A stretch of 63,725 bases of DNA, filler included, from an uncultured Methanoregulaceae archaeon (GCA_964530035.1; 4 parts of 4 records of this genome joined end to end with filler, not necessarily neighbours in it), one strand, 5' to 3'; numbered from the whole stretch's first letter, positions 1 through 10,337 are shown. Made by a program: numbers and translations. The notes: generated by a model not told the origin, from the letters alone.

Positions 1-1
1 G

Positions 2-181
2 ATCTTCAGGGCGAATGTAGTAGATGTCGGAGCGAAGACGGTAATATTGCAGGTCGTCGGGGATACCAACAAAATTGACGCGCTGGAGAAACTGCTCAGA
101 CAGTACGGGGTGATCGAACTTGTCAGGACAGGGAAAATTGGTATTCTCCGTGGCTCAAAAACCGTGAAAAGTGGAAAATAA
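2..181 (+). CDS. ilvH: Acetolactate synthase small (regulatory) subunit, C-terminal part (5'-truncated)
   Basis: Manual translation IFRANVVDVGAKTVILQVVGDTNKIDALEKLLRQYGVIELVRTGKIGILRG...K*, a typical IlvH/IlvN C-terminus; not in the ORF track. Confidence 0.9.
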   Translation: MFRANVVDVGAKTVILQVVGDTNKIDALEKLLRQYGVIELVRTGKIGILRGSKTVKSGK

Positions 182-261
182 TTAATATGGGTTCTTTTTT
201 CTTTTAGCATGACACGGCCCGGATTCGAAAGATAATTTTTATAGCCTGTTATCGCAAACCC

Positions 262-286
262 TGCTATGCAATAGCGTAGCAGGGAT
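262..286 (+). promoter_or_regulatory. Palindromic operator-like motif upstream of the first ABC binding-protein gene
   Basis: CTGCTATGC-AATA-GCGTAGCAG imperfect inverted repeat between a TTTATA box (~238-243) and ATG 292; near-copy at 5279-5303. Confidence 0.5.
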
Positions 287-291
287 AGTGA

Positions 292-1614
292 ATGAAACTA
301 CCATATGTATTTCTATTGGTTGTGATCGTTGTCATCGGTGCATTTCTTTCGGGGTGCACCCAACAGCAGGCATCGACGGCATCAGGCCAGGCTTTGAAGG
401 TTGGGGTGGTTGCATCGATGACCGGCCCGTCCAGTACCACCGGCAAGGACGTCTGGCAGTCAGCAGAGCTGGCAGCTGATGAAATCAACGCGAAGGGAGG
501 GGTATATGTCAAGGAGCTCGGAAAAAGCATCCCCATAGTCCTTGTGCAGGGAGATGATGAATCCACGCGGGAAGGAGGCCAGAAAGCGGTTTCAAGGATG
601 ATTACCCAGGACAATGTGGATATGCTGGTCGGAGGATTTTCGAGTGCCGTTGTATCCGCACACCAGTCAATCGTCGCGGAACACAACGTTCCGTACATCA
701 TTACCGGAGCTTCGACTCCGGTCATCACGCGCCGGACCGATGTGAATACGAGCTTCATGTTCCACCACGCACCCACGACCGACGACTCCGGGAGCCAGAC
801 CACATTGTTCATAGACCAGATAATCCGGCCTGCTATCAACGCGAAGTTCGGATACTCCGCAGACCGGCCGCTCCGGCTCGCGGTGCTGTACCAGGACAGC
901 CCGTACGGCAAAGGCCACCTGGAGGCCGTCAAGAACACGATCTCAAACAGCAGCCTGAACATCAAGGTCGTCGCTGATGAGTCCTTCAAGATGGGTGAAA
1001 GTGATTTCAGAACGGCTCTGACCAGTATCAAGAGTGCTGACCCTGATGTTGTCTATGTCGCGGCCTTTTTAAACGAGCAGATCCCGGTTGAAACCCAGGC
1101 ACTGAGGGATGTTGACCTGAAGAAGATCTTCATCGCGATTGAACCGAATGATGACCCGGACTTCTACAAGGGTGTTGGGAAATATGGCGAATATTCCATT
1201 ATTCAGAGCCGTTTCAGTCCATATACCGTTCCGAAAGGACCCACGGAGGCAGCCACAAAGAAATTTGTAACGGATTTCGACAAGAAATACGGTGGCTTCC
1301 CCGGCATGATGGGCGTTGCAACCTACGAGGGAGTCTATATCGGTGCGAAGGCGGTTGAGAACGCAGGCACGTTGAACAAGCCGGCGGTCAGGAATGCCAT
1401 AGCCGGGCTGCAGATGCCTCAGATGGTCGAAGCCATGAAAGGCCAGACAATCAATTTCTCCAAGGACTACCGGGAGAGCAAGTTTGACCTGACCATGGAA
1501 CAGCTCATCTGGGACCCGGCGGTCAATGAAACGAGACCGAAGATTGTCTCACCCTCGAACCTGAAGGAGACTGACTTTGTGTTGCCCGACTGGTTCGTTC
1601 CAGCGAAAGCATAA
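292..1614 (+). CDS. Branched-chain amino acid ABC transporter substrate-binding lipoprotein (LivJ/LivK family)
   Basis: Lipobox-like LSGC; periplasmic binding protein type 1 motifs (GVVASMTGP, AADEINAKGG, LVGGFSS, DSPYGKG); followed by livH/livM. Confidence 0.92.
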   Translation: MKLPYVFLLVVIVVIGAFLSGCTQQQASTASGQALKVGVVASMTGPSSTTGKDVWQSAELAADEINAKGGVYVKELGKSIPIVLVQGDDESTREGGQKAVSRMITQDNVDMLVGGFSSAVVSAHQSIVAEHNVPYIITGASTPVITRRTDVNTSFMFHHAPTTDDSGSQTTLFIDQIIRPAINAKFGYSADRPLRLAVLYQDSPYGKGHLEAVKNTISNSSLNIKVVADESFKMGESDFRTALTSIKSADPDVVYVAAFLNEQIPVETQALRDVDLKKIFIAIEPNDDPDFYKGVGKYGEYSIIQSRFSPYTVPKGPTEAATKKFVTDFDKKYGGFPGMMGVATYEGVYIGAKAVENAGTLNKPAVRNAIAGLQMPQMVEAMKGQTINFSKDYRESKFDLTMEQLIWDPAVNETRPKIVSPSNLKETDFVLPDWFVPAKA

Positions 1615-1664
1615 CACCTTATAACGCTTATTTTTTCCAAGAAGCTTTCTTCGGGGATAAATCC

Positions 1665-2546
1665 ATGGAAATTGGCTTGGACATCTTCCTGCAGGTTGTG
1701 GTCTGGGGGCTGTACGCCGGGTGCATCTATATCCTCCTTGCCACCGGCCTCAACCTGATATTCGGAGTCATGAAGGTAGTGAACTTCGCCCATGGCCAGT
1801 TACTCATGATTGGAGCCTATGTAACTTTCTCCTTCTTTGTTCTCACAGGGTTCAATCCCTACGTCCTCCTTGCCGCATCGGTGCCGATTCTCATCATCAT
1901 CGGAGTAAGCATTGAAAGACTGTGTTTCCGCCCGATCATGGGGACGGGAAAACTCAATGAGATCTTCATCAGCATCGGCCTGATCTATATCCTTGAGAAC
2001 GTCGCGGCGATGATCTGGACAGATGAATGGAAGGTGATAAAAAGCCCCTTTGAAGCAATCACTGTGTCCGTAGGGAGCATGAAGATTCCCATCGACTACA
2101 TCATCATCATTGTTACCACCGCTGTGATCCTTGTTGCCCTGTACCTGTTCCTTAAGAAGTCCCGGCTTGGCCTGGCGGTGCGGGCAACGAGTCAGAACCG
2201 AAAAGCGGCCATGCTGGTGGGGATCAATGTCGAACGGATGGACATGCTCAGTTTCGGCATAGGGGCGGGTCTTGCAGGAGCTGCCGGTACGCTCTGGGTT
2301 GTCAGCGGCCAGGTTTTCAACCCGTACATGGGTTCTGTACCTGCGGTAAAGGCATTTGCAATCGTCATCATCGGAGGTCTCGGGAGTATTCCGGGTGCCA
2401 TTATCGGTGGTCTTCTCCTTGGGATAGCCGAAAACTTCACGGTCTTTACCATAGGCGGTGCCTGGAAGGACGCTATTGCCTTCCTGATACTTATCATTGT
2501 CCTGGTACTGAAACCCACGGGACTGTTCGGAGAAAAGGCGGAATGA
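1665..2546 (+). CDS. livH: Branched-chain amino acid ABC transporter permease
   Basis: GLNLIFGVMKVVNFAHG, RLGLAVRATSQN, GGLGSIPGAIIGG. Confidence 0.93.
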   Translation: MEIGLDIFLQVVVWGLYAGCIYILLATGLNLIFGVMKVVNFAHGQLLMIGAYVTFSFFVLTGFNPYVLLAASVPILIIIGVSIERLCFRPIMGTGKLNEIFISIGLIYILENVAAMIWTDEWKVIKSPFEAITVSVGSMKIPIDYIIIIVTTAVILVALYLFLKKSRLGLAVRATSQNRKAAMLVGINVERMDMLSFGIGAGLAGAAGTLWVVSGQVFNPYMGSVPAVKAFAIVIIGGLGSIPGAIIGGLLLGIAENFTVFTIGGAWKDAIAFLILIIVLVLKPTGLFGEKAE

Positions 2547-3535
2547 TGGTAATGGATGGAAAAAACCGGGTTGTCCTGTATTTATGCCTCGCCGTGCTCG
2601 CGTGTGCAGTCCTGCTCCCTCTCGTGACCGGGCAAAATGCATACTACCTGACGGTTCTTATCCTCATGGTCATTTTCATCATCTTTGCATCGGCCTGGAA
2701 CTTTCTCACCTACAGCGGCCAGGGCTCCCTGGGCCACGCGGCTTTCTTCGGGATCGGAGGATACATTTCCGCACTGGTTGCGGTGAAAAGCGGCTTGACA
2801 CCCTACCTGACCATCTTTTTCGGAGGAGCGGGTGCAGCGCTCACGGGTTTATTCATCGGAGCTATCTGCGTAAGAATGAAGGAGTGGTTCCTCGCGATGG
2901 TGACATTTGGTTTCGCCGTGATCATCCAGGTGCTGGTTGCAAGCCAGTTCAGGGAACTTACCGGAGGATGGGACGGAATTGCCGCTCCACCCCTGATCAG
3001 CAGCTCCGTGCCCAATTATCTCCTCTATGAGTATTATTCAATCCTGGTCATTGCTGTCGCCGTCCTGCTGCTGTTCCGGCAGATCCTCCACTCAAAAACG
3101 GGGCTTGCCTTTTCTGCGATCCGTGAGAATGAACTTGAAGCGCGTGCGGCGGGAATCGACCCGGTCAGATACAAGTTGTTTGCATTCATGGTGAGTGCAT
3201 TTTTCGCAGGTCTTGCTGGTGCGCTTGAGATACACTACCTTGGGTACATCACCCCGGAGATCTTCGGCGTTGACATCTCCTTCTGGCCGATCATCTACTC
3301 GATCAGCGGCGGGCTGGGAACCCTTGCCGGGCCGGTCATCGGTACAATTGTCATCACCCTCCTCTGGGACGGTCTCCAGTCGCTCGGCCTTACCTACCCG
3401 CGTTTCATCATCATAGGTGTTATCCTTGTGCTTGTCGTGATATTCCTCCCGCGCGGACTTGTATCCCTGCCAGGGGAGATCCAGAAAAGGGCGCCGGGCT
3501 GGAAAGCGTGGATTCAGAAAAGGGTGTCGAGGTAA
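2543..3535 (+). CDS. livM: Branched-chain amino acid ABC transporter permease
   Basis: GQGSLGHAAFFGIGGY, LTGGWDG, AIRENELEARAAGIDP, GGLGTLAGPVIG; ATGA overlap with livH. Confidence 0.93.
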   Translation: MMVMDGKNRVVLYLCLAVLACAVLLPLVTGQNAYYLTVLILMVIFIIFASAWNFLTYSGQGSLGHAAFFGIGGYISALVAVKSGLTPYLTIFFGGAGAALTGLFIGAICVRMKEWFLAMVTFGFAVIIQVLVASQFRELTGGWDGIAAPPLISSSVPNYLLYEYYSILVIAVAVLLLFRQILHSKTGLAFSAIRENELEARAAGIDPVRYKLFAFMVSAFFAGLAGALEIHYLGYITPEIFGVDISFWPIIYSISGGLGTLAGPVIGTIVITLLWDGLQSLGLTYPRFIIIGVILVLVVIFLPRGLVSLPGEIQKRAPGWKAWIQKRVSR

Positions 3536-3625
3536 GTTCATCCTTTTTTCAGGGAAACCGGCAGCTGATTATTTCTGATCCCGTGAAAAAGCGCGATTGA
3601 TCAGTCGGAGATAACCTGGCAGTTC

Positions 3626-3638
3626 AAAAAAAAAAAAA
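3626..3638 (-). terminator. Poly-T archaeal terminator of the second binding-protein gene
   Basis: 13-nt A run (T13 on minus strand) immediately after the stop codon at 3639-3641. Confidence 0.6.
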
Positions 3639-4967
3639 TCAGGTTTTACCCGGCTGGTACCAGTCGGGGAGTGAAAGAGTACCCTGGCTTAGCTCTGCAG
3701 GGTAGATGATGGTTGGTCTGAGCTGCTGGACGGTATCATTCCAGGCAAGCTGCTCCATGTAGAGGGTGAAATCCGCCTCGCGATACGTGTCTGAGAACCG
3801 TATCCGGCCATTTTTCATGGCTTCAATGGATTCAGGCATGTCCGTCGAAGCTAGAGCGTTCGTGACCTTTGCCTTGTCAAGTGACCCGGCCCGCCTGATG
3901 GCATCGGCCAGGATGTGGACTCCTTCATAGGTCGTGGCGCCCATCATCCCTGGAAGAGCCCCCCACTTCCTCTCATACGTGCTCTTGAATGCACGTGCTG
4001 CATCGGCAGTTGATCCATTCGGGACGGTATAAGGACTGAAATGGCTTTCAATAATGGATCCTTCGCCGTACTGGCTCAGGCTCTTGTAATAGTCCGGGTC
4101 GTCGTTGCACTCGACCACGATGAAGATGGTGTCCAGTCCGACATCCCGCCGGGCCTGGGTGATCATGGGAGCCTGTTCATTCAGGAATGCGGCGGAATAC
4201 ACGATATCAGGCATTGAAGCCTTCACATTGGTGAGCATTGTCCTGAAATCCGTCTCGCCCATTTTGAACGATTCATTGCTCACAATCGTTATCGGTAGAT
4301 TTTCCTTGTTTATCGTGCTTTCAACGGCCGAAAGGACGCCCTTGCCATACGGGCTGTCTTGGTACACAATGGCCAGACGAAGGGGACGCTCCTTGCTGAA
4401 TGAGAACTTGCCGTTGATTTCGGGACGAAGCGAATTCGCGATAAACCTTGTTGTCTGGCTCCCATAGTCATCGGTTGTCGGGCAGAAATGGTACATCGTC
4501 GAGGTGTCGATATCCGTCCTTCTCGTAATCGTCGGGCTCGATGCACCGGTGATGACATAGGGCACCTTGTGCTCGGCGACAATCGACTGGTGTGCTGTAG
4601 TAACTGCGCTTGAGAACCCGCCGACGAGTGCATCGACCTTATCAGAGGAGATTAATTTTGAGACGGCTTTCTGACCTCCTTCTCGGGTCGATTCATCATC
4701 TCCGGCAATGACTGTGACCGGGAGGGATGAACCGAGGTCTTTCACATACACCCCGCCGGCGGCGTTCACCTCTTCGGCGGCGATCTGTGCCGACTGCCAC
4801 ATATCCTTGCCTGTTGCGCTCGCCGGGCCGGTCAGTGAAACGACCACCCCGATTCTGATCTCTTTTGGTTTTTCAGAAACTGGCTGCTGGGTACAACCTG
4901 ATATAAGGACCGCTCCCACAAGAAGTCCGGCGAAAATGATACACAGGACTGACGCTTTCGTTTTCAT
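3639..4967 (-). CDS. Second branched-chain amino acid ABC substrate-binding lipoprotein (paralog of 292..1614)
   Basis: ISGC lipobox; shares identical blocks with 292..1614 (GDDESTREGGQKAVS, LVGGFSSAV, YQDSPYGKG, PGMMG). Confidence 0.92.
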   Translation of the reverse strand: MKTKASVLCIIFAGLLVGAVLISGCTQQPVSEKPKEIRIGVVVSLTGPASATGKDMWQSAQIAAEEVNAAGGVYVKDLGSSLPVTVIAGDDESTREGGQKAVSKLISSDKVDALVGGFSSAVTTAHQSIVAEHKVPYVITGASSPTITRRTDIDTSTMYHFCPTTDDYGSQTTRFIANSLRPEINGKFSFSKERPLRLAIVYQDSPYGKGVLSAVESTINKENLPITIVSNESFKMGETDFRTMLTNVKASMPDIVYSAAFLNEQAPMITQARRDVGLDTIFIVVECNDDPDYYKSLSQYGEGSIIESHFSPYTVPNGSTADAARAFKSTYERKWGALPGMMGATTYEGVHILADAIRRAGSLDKAKVTNALASTDMPESIEAMKNGRIRFSDTYREADFTLYMEQLAWNDTVQQLRPTIIYPAELSQGTLSLPDWYQPGKT

Positions 4968-5278
4968 CCAGGGACCTCCCCGCTACGGTAGCCTGTACGA
5001 TCTTTTAACGTTATCAGATGGAGAAGACCCGGTCTCTCTGCTAGGGGTCCTCTTTGCCTTTCATTCAGGAGAAGTTGAGAAGCAATGCACATGATACACA
5101 CAAACCTCCAGGGTAAACTCTCGGTTCAGATCATTCCAGGGGATCCGGCACGAGGCCCGGATCCCCTATCTAAAGAAGAAAAAGAAGGTATCTGTTACCT
5201 GGACTACGGCCTGTTCATTCCGTGGCGCGATAACAGACATGAGTTTACCTTATGGTTTCATTGGCCCCGCACTACTTA

Positions 5279-5303
5279 ATCCTTGTCATGCTATAGCATA
5301 GCA
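5279..5303 (-). promoter_or_regulatory. Second copy of the operator-like motif, upstream of the second binding-protein gene
   Basis: Minus strand TGCTATGCTATAGCATGACAAGGAT vs TGCTATGCAATAGCGTAGCAGGGAT at 262-286 (20/25 identical). Confidence 0.45.
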
Positions 5304-5453
5304 TTGTTCGGGCCCTGCATGTACACCCATGCAGTCTGGATGAGAAGAATGCAGGAATTCCTGGGAATCACAGGTATCCTTCAGAGTGTCAGAGAAGCGC
5401 TTCCGTTAAAGTCCGTTGATAGTGTATGAAAAAAGGTATCATGTCCTCATGGG

Positions 5454-6149
5454 TTACAGCCCAAGGTAGCATGCCTGGATCTTCTGGTTGTCCAGGAGCT
5501 CGTCTGCAGCTCCCTGGAGAGTAATCCTGCCATTTTCGAGCACATATCCCCTATGCGAGATCTTGAGTGCATGCATCACGTTTTGTTCAAGGAGCAGTAT
5601 GGAGAGCCCGGTTTTATTCAGGCCCTCCACTGACTCCAGCACGCTCTTTACGAAAAGGGGGGAGAGGCCCAGCGATGGTTCATCAAGGACGAGCAGCTTC
5701 GGCTGCAACATGAGGCTCCTGCCGATTGCAAGCATCTGCTGCTCGCCTCCGGACAAGGTTCCGGCAAGCTGGTCCTGTCTTTCATCAAGGACCGGGAACA
5801 TCTCCAGTATCTTCGCCGGGTCAGAGGATTTTCCTGAGTTCAAGTGACTACCAAGGCTCAGGTTCTCCCTGACTGACATCTTAGGGAACAGTTCCCTTTT
5901 TTCAGGGACCAGGGCGATTCCGCGTTTGACTATATCATACGGTTGAAGTCCGAGGATCTCGTGGTCTTCGAACCGGATGGATCCCTTCGCCCGGCGGTTG
6001 AGCCCGAGGATAGTCTCGACAAAAGTTGTTTTTCCTGCGCCATTCGGTCCGAGGAGCGTGACGATCTCTCCTTTTCGGACTTCAAGTGCAAGGTCCCAGA
6101 TTACATGGAGGTTGCCATGGCAGACATCCAGATGTTCAACCTTCAGCAA
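5454..6149 (-). CDS. livF: Branched-chain amino acid ABC transporter ATP-binding protein
   Basis: Walker A GPNGAGKT; LSGGEQQMLAIGR, LDEPSLGLSP, EQN. Confidence 0.93.
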   Translation of the reverse strand: MLKVEHLDVCHGNLHVIWDLALEVRKGEIVTLLGPNGAGKTTFVETILGLNRRAKGSIRFEDHEILGLQPYDIVKRGIALVPEKRELFPKMSVRENLSLGSHLNSGKSSDPAKILEMFPVLDERQDQLAGTLSGGEQQMLAIGRSLMLQPKLLVLDEPSLGLSPLFVKSVLESVEGLNKTGLSILLLEQNVMHALKISHRGYVLENGRITLQGAADELLDNQKIQACYLGL

Positions 6150-6164
6150 ACAATGACCCCTGGC

Positions 6165-6893
6165 TTAGTATTTTTCCCCAAGGTATGAATCTATTACTCT
6201 CTGTTCATTGAGGACGTCCAGGGGCGTGCCGTCGGCAATTTTCACACCGTGGTCAAGCACGACGATCCGGTCGGACACCCCGGTGATCACGCGCATGACA
6301 TGTTCTATCAGCATTATCGTTGTTCCCTGGTCGCGGATCTTCCTGATGAGGCCAATCGCCTCGTCGCTCTCACTTGGGTTCAGCCCTGTCGTCAGCTCAT
6401 CAAGAAGAAGCAGTTTCGGCCGTGAGGCAAGGGCCCGTGCGAGCTGGACACGCTTCAGCTCCATGAGGTTTAACTGGGAAAGGGAGGCATCTATTTTTTC
6501 TTTTGGAAAATGGACAAAATCGAGATGACTGACCGCTTCGTCCCGGGCCTCTTTCATGTTCACCTTGTGGTGGTTTCCAAAAATTGCACTGACCATCACT
6601 GCCTCGGACGCGAGCATGCCGGGGAAGGACTGGGGGTGCTGGAATGTTTTTGCAATCCCCTTTTTGCAGATCGCGTTCAGCGCAAGACCCGTGATATTCT
6701 CACCCTTATAATGGATACTGCCGTTGTCAGGCCTGTAGAGGCCGGAAATGATATTGAGGAGAGTAGTCTTTCCCGCCCCGTTGGGACCCACGAGACCAAG
6801 GATTTCTCCTTCCTCAAGGTGCAGGTCCACGTCCTGTACTGCAACGAGACCCCCGAATTTTTTCCTGACCTGTTCAGCGACCAGCATCGGCAA
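6165..6893 (-). CDS. livG: Branched-chain amino acid ABC transporter ATP-binding protein
   Basis: KFGGLVAV, GPNGAGKTT, LLDELTTGLN, IEHVM, YLG C-terminus. Confidence 0.93.
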   Translation of the reverse strand: MPMLVAEQVRKKFGGLVAVQDVDLHLEEGEILGLVGPNGAGKTTLLNIISGLYRPDNGSIHYKGENITGLALNAICKKGIAKTFQHPQSFPGMLASEAVMVSAIFGNHHKVNMKEARDEAVSHLDFVHFPKEKIDASLSQLNLMELKRVQLARALASRPKLLLLDELTTGLNPSESDEAIGLIRKIRDQGTTIMLIEHVMRVITGVSDRIVVLDHGVKIADGTPLDVLNEQRVIDSYLGEKY

Positions 6894-7180
6894 ACCGCTC
6901 CGTGTTAATTGTTAACATATGTCATACATCTACATTAAGATTACCAATCGGACCATGCTCTGTCAAAAGGGACGACATTCCCGCCATAAAGCCTGTGAAA
7001 GTGGCCCTAGCCTGAATGGGTTCCGGCCGACTCAGTTCCTGATATCTCCACGGGGGCGGATTATCCGGACAGATAGGTTTTCCGTGAAGGATCGGGACGA
7101 TTTTTTTCAATACACGATATTCAGGGCGGTCCGGTCGGTGATGGTCAACCATATAACCCCCTGTGCCCAATGATACAGGC

Positions 7181-8491
7181 GTGAAGACCTTAATCCTTGG
7201 CGGCGGGCTGACAGGAATCTGTATCGCCCGTTTTCTCCACGAACGCGGGCATTCTTCAGTCATACTGGAAAAGGAGAGCCGTATAGGCGGGCTCTGCCAG
7301 TCTGAAACGGTTGACGGATTTACGTTCGATACAGGGGGTTCTCATATCATTTTTTCACGCGATGAACCCGTCCTTGCCCTCATGAAGGAAACCCTCGGTA
7401 ACAACAGGGATGAACAGGTCAGGAATACTAAAATCTTTTATAAGGGCGCATATGTCAAGTATCCATTTGAAAACGGCCTTTCCGGACTTCCAAGGGAGGA
7501 CCTCTTCCTCTGCCTGAACGAGTTCATCAAGACATTGATAGCTTCGGAAAAAGGAGAAGTACGCCCTCCGGCCACGTTCAGGGACTGGATCCTCGCGACG
7601 TTCGGGAAGGGGATCGGTACCTGTTACCTCATTCCCTACAATGAGAAGATATGGAACTATCCTGTCGAGGAGATGTCCGCACACTGGGTGGAGGGAAGAG
7701 TCCCGCGCCCTCCGGTGGAGGATATCGTTAAGTCCGCCATCGGTATAGAAACGGAGGGGTATGCCCACCAGTCCCGTTTTTCCTATCCCCACGAGGGGGG
7801 AATAGAATCCCTTGTCACCGCCTTTGCCGGACCGGTCATGAGCTCCATCAGAACTGACTTTACGGTACAGTCGGTGGCAAGGACAAAGGACGGATGGGTG
7901 GTTTCTGATGGAGATGAACAGATCATGGCAACCCGCCTTATCAGCACCCTCCCGCTCCAGTACCTTGCCCGCTGCATGGAAGATCTGCCGGAAGAGGTGG
8001 TCCGGGCCATCGGTGAGCTGAAATACAACTCTCTCATCACCGTTGCAGTTGGCGTCAAGGGGGAGGTGCCCCCGTATTCCTGGGCATATATCCCCTCGGC
8101 AGACCACGGACTTACGAACAGGATCTCGTTCCCTTCGAACTATAGCCGGGCAACATGCCCGGAGGGGATGTCACTGATCCTTGCCGAGATCACCTATAAC
8201 GAGGGTGACAGGGTATCACGATTGGACGATAACGAAATCCTGCAGGATGTTTGCTCAACAATACGGTGCATGGGTATAACCGATGAGAGCCGGATCGTGT
8301 TCTCCGCGGTCAGGCGCCACCAGTTTGCCTACGTGGTCTACGACCTGGCGTACCAGGACAATATCGCCATCATCAGGAAGTATTTCGACGATACTGGTAT
8401 TCATCTCTGCGGAAGGTTTTCCCAGTTCGAGTACCTCAACATGGACGGGTGTATCCGGAGTGCCCTCGACCTTGTGGAGCGGATTGGATGA
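7181..8491 (+). CDS. FAD-dependent oxidoreductase, UDP-galactopyranose mutase/HemY-like
   Basis: ILGGGLTG FAD motif, GGLCQS..DGFTFDTGGSH, YPF, PYNEKIW, GRFSQFEYLNMD; likely GTG start at 7181. Confidence 0.8.
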   Translation: MKTLILGGGLTGICIARFLHERGHSSVILEKESRIGGLCQSETVDGFTFDTGGSHIIFSRDEPVLALMKETLGNNRDEQVRNTKIFYKGAYVKYPFENGLSGLPREDLFLCLNEFIKTLIASEKGEVRPPATFRDWILATFGKGIGTCYLIPYNEKIWNYPVEEMSAHWVEGRVPRPPVEDIVKSAIGIETEGYAHQSRFSYPHEGGIESLVTAFAGPVMSSIRTDFTVQSVARTKDGWVVSDGDEQIMATRLISTLPLQYLARCMEDLPEEVVRAIGELKYNSLITVAVGVKGEVPPYSWAYIPSADHGLTNRISFPSNYSRATCPEGMSLILAEITYNEGDRVSRLDDNEILQDVCSTIRCMGITDESRIVFSAVRRHQFAYVVYDLAYQDNIAIIRKYFDDTGIHLCGRFSQFEYLNMDGCIRSALDLVERIG

Positions 8492-8792
8492 AGGTCTTTC
8501 CTTGGGCAGAGTCTGGGTCTGTTCCAACGTCAGATCAGGTCATTCCGGTCAGCCAGGGACACCACACCGGGGGGATGCATGCAGGTCAATGGGTGGACAG
8601 GAAACATGCGGCAGCATCAACTTCTTTTGCATCGTGCCAGAACATTGACGCTGACCATGCCGTGTCTCACTATGGAACCCCCTTATTGACTGTTTTTCGC
8701 AGCGTTGTCTTCATACCACCAGGCGATATTCGTTGCAATGCAATGGATTCACACCGGTCCTGGTACCTGCAACCAGCTGTGGGGGCCAGAAC

Positions 8793-9494
8793 ATGAAGAT
8801 TTCTGTTGTGATTCCCACGTACAACGAGGAACAGAACATACAGGCCTGCCTTGAATCGCTTTCCCGACAGACCATTCCAAGGAATGAGTACGAGCTAATC
8901 GTGGTGGACGGCGGGTCAACCGACCGGACCCGCGAGATGGCATCGGAACTTGCCGACACGGTCTTCATACAGAAGAGCCCGAAGGTGGGTGGTGCCAGAA
9001 ATGACGGCGCGATGAAGGCCCAAAGCCTGTTGCTCGCTACAACGGATGGGGACACCATCCTTCCGGAGACCTGGCTTGAACATATCATCGAGGACCTCTC
9101 ACGCCCAGGGGTCGTCCAGGTATACGGACCGGTATATCCGATAGAGGGAGGTCTCATGAACTGGCTTTCCCTCTCTTTTGCGAATAATTTTGCACGGGCG
9201 GGGTACTACAGCCGCCTGTTTTATTTCACGCTCGGGTGCAACACCGCATTCAGGCGGAGCAGCTTCATCGAGGCAGGAATGTACAGGGTAATTGACGCCG
9301 GTGACGACCTTGAGGTAGCCCGAAGGATGAAGGAACACGGGAAGGTCCTGTTTGACAACCGCCTGAAGGTCGGCTTCTCAATGAGGCGGTACCGACAGTT
9401 CGGTACCTTGCGGTCCCTCTATGAGTGGGTTTATATCGTATTAAAAGGCGGGAAATCGGATAAATATACGTATACAAAAAGGAACTACAAATAG
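8793..9494 (+). CDS. Glycosyltransferase family 2
   Basis: SVVIPTYNEE, VVDGGSTDRT, ARNDG, TDGD DxD-like motif, GDDLE; likely ATG at 8793. Confidence 0.9.
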   Translation: MKISVVIPTYNEEQNIQACLESLSRQTIPRNEYELIVVDGGSTDRTREMASELADTVFIQKSPKVGGARNDGAMKAQSLLLATTDGDTILPETWLEHIIEDLSRPGVVQVYGPVYPIEGGLMNWLSLSFANNFARAGYYSRLFYFTLGCNTAFRRSSFIEAGMYRVIDAGDDLEVARRMKEHGKVLFDNRLKVGFSMRRYRQFGTLRSLYEWVYIVLKGGKSDKYTYTKRNYK

Positions 9495-9564
9495 CGGGGG
9501 AGGTGTGGAGCCCGGCCGGGGAGGCCGGTCCGGATCATAAGGGGGACCTCATAAAATGGTTTCA

Positions 9565-10059
9565 TTAAAATGATTTGAATGCTTTCTTTTCATCGTAGAT
9601 CTTGTATTTTTCACCGGTCTGGAGGGTAACATAGACGATCACCCTGTCTATGCCTTTTGTTCCGCCGAGGGTGAGCTGCTCCCCCATCTGGGGTTTATAC
9701 ATCTGTTTCGTTTCTGTCGTCCCGTCTGACCTGACCACTTGTGCATCGAGCAGGGAAACAAAATTCATCCCTTTTCCACCATTGAAAGTAATGGTGATAT
9801 CGGGAGTGATGGCGACACTGTTCCTGTCGACTGAGACCTCGACCCGGTAGATATCAGGGAGCTGGTCGGTTGGCTCGGGTTCAAGGGAGACCTTCGTCAT
9901 CACCGGTGTCGGCGGAAGGGTGGTCGCGGGGATTGTAGTCGGGATGGTCGTGGGGAGTGCCGTGGGCTCAGGCTGCGGCTGCTGCTGGGTACAGCCGCAA
10001 AGGAAGACGGTAGTGCAGAACACGACCAGGAAAGCGAGGAGAACCGGATAGTATTTCAT
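9565..10059 (-). CDS. Hypothetical lipoprotein with Pro/Thr linker and beta-rich domain
   Basis: Signal peptide ending LCGC, then PTALPTTIPTT linker. Confidence 0.75.
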   Translation of the reverse strand: MKYYPVLLAFLVVFCTTVFLCGCTQQQPQPEPTALPTTIPTTIPATTLPPTPVMTKVSLEPEPTDQLPDIYRVEVSVDRNSVAITPDITITFNGGKGMNFVSLLDAQVVRSDGTTETKQMYKPQMGEQLTLGGTKGIDRVIVYVTLQTGEKYKIYDEKKAFKSF

Positions 10060-10337
10060 GCTGTACCCGTATCTGGCAGGTGCTATTTGAGGATAGTGAT
10101 TTCTGCGCGATTACAGGAATTTGGTCTGCTTACCGTCTGCCTGGCCCTGTATCTCCCTTTTCATACTAATTTCCGTGATATCCCGGGTTTTCCTCATCGA
10201 TTGTGAGGAGAGGGATATGATCCGGATAGCCCTCCTGAAGAGAGGAGCGTTAGGCGGTCTTACTGGTATCAGTAACCCGGACACCCGTGCGATGATAGCC
10301 CGGGATCAGCAGTCGGAACCTAAAAGCTAATGACCGG

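Noticed and set aside
8492..8792. Intergenic ORFs between the oxidoreductase and GT2
   Set aside because: No motif, RBS or coding-like composition
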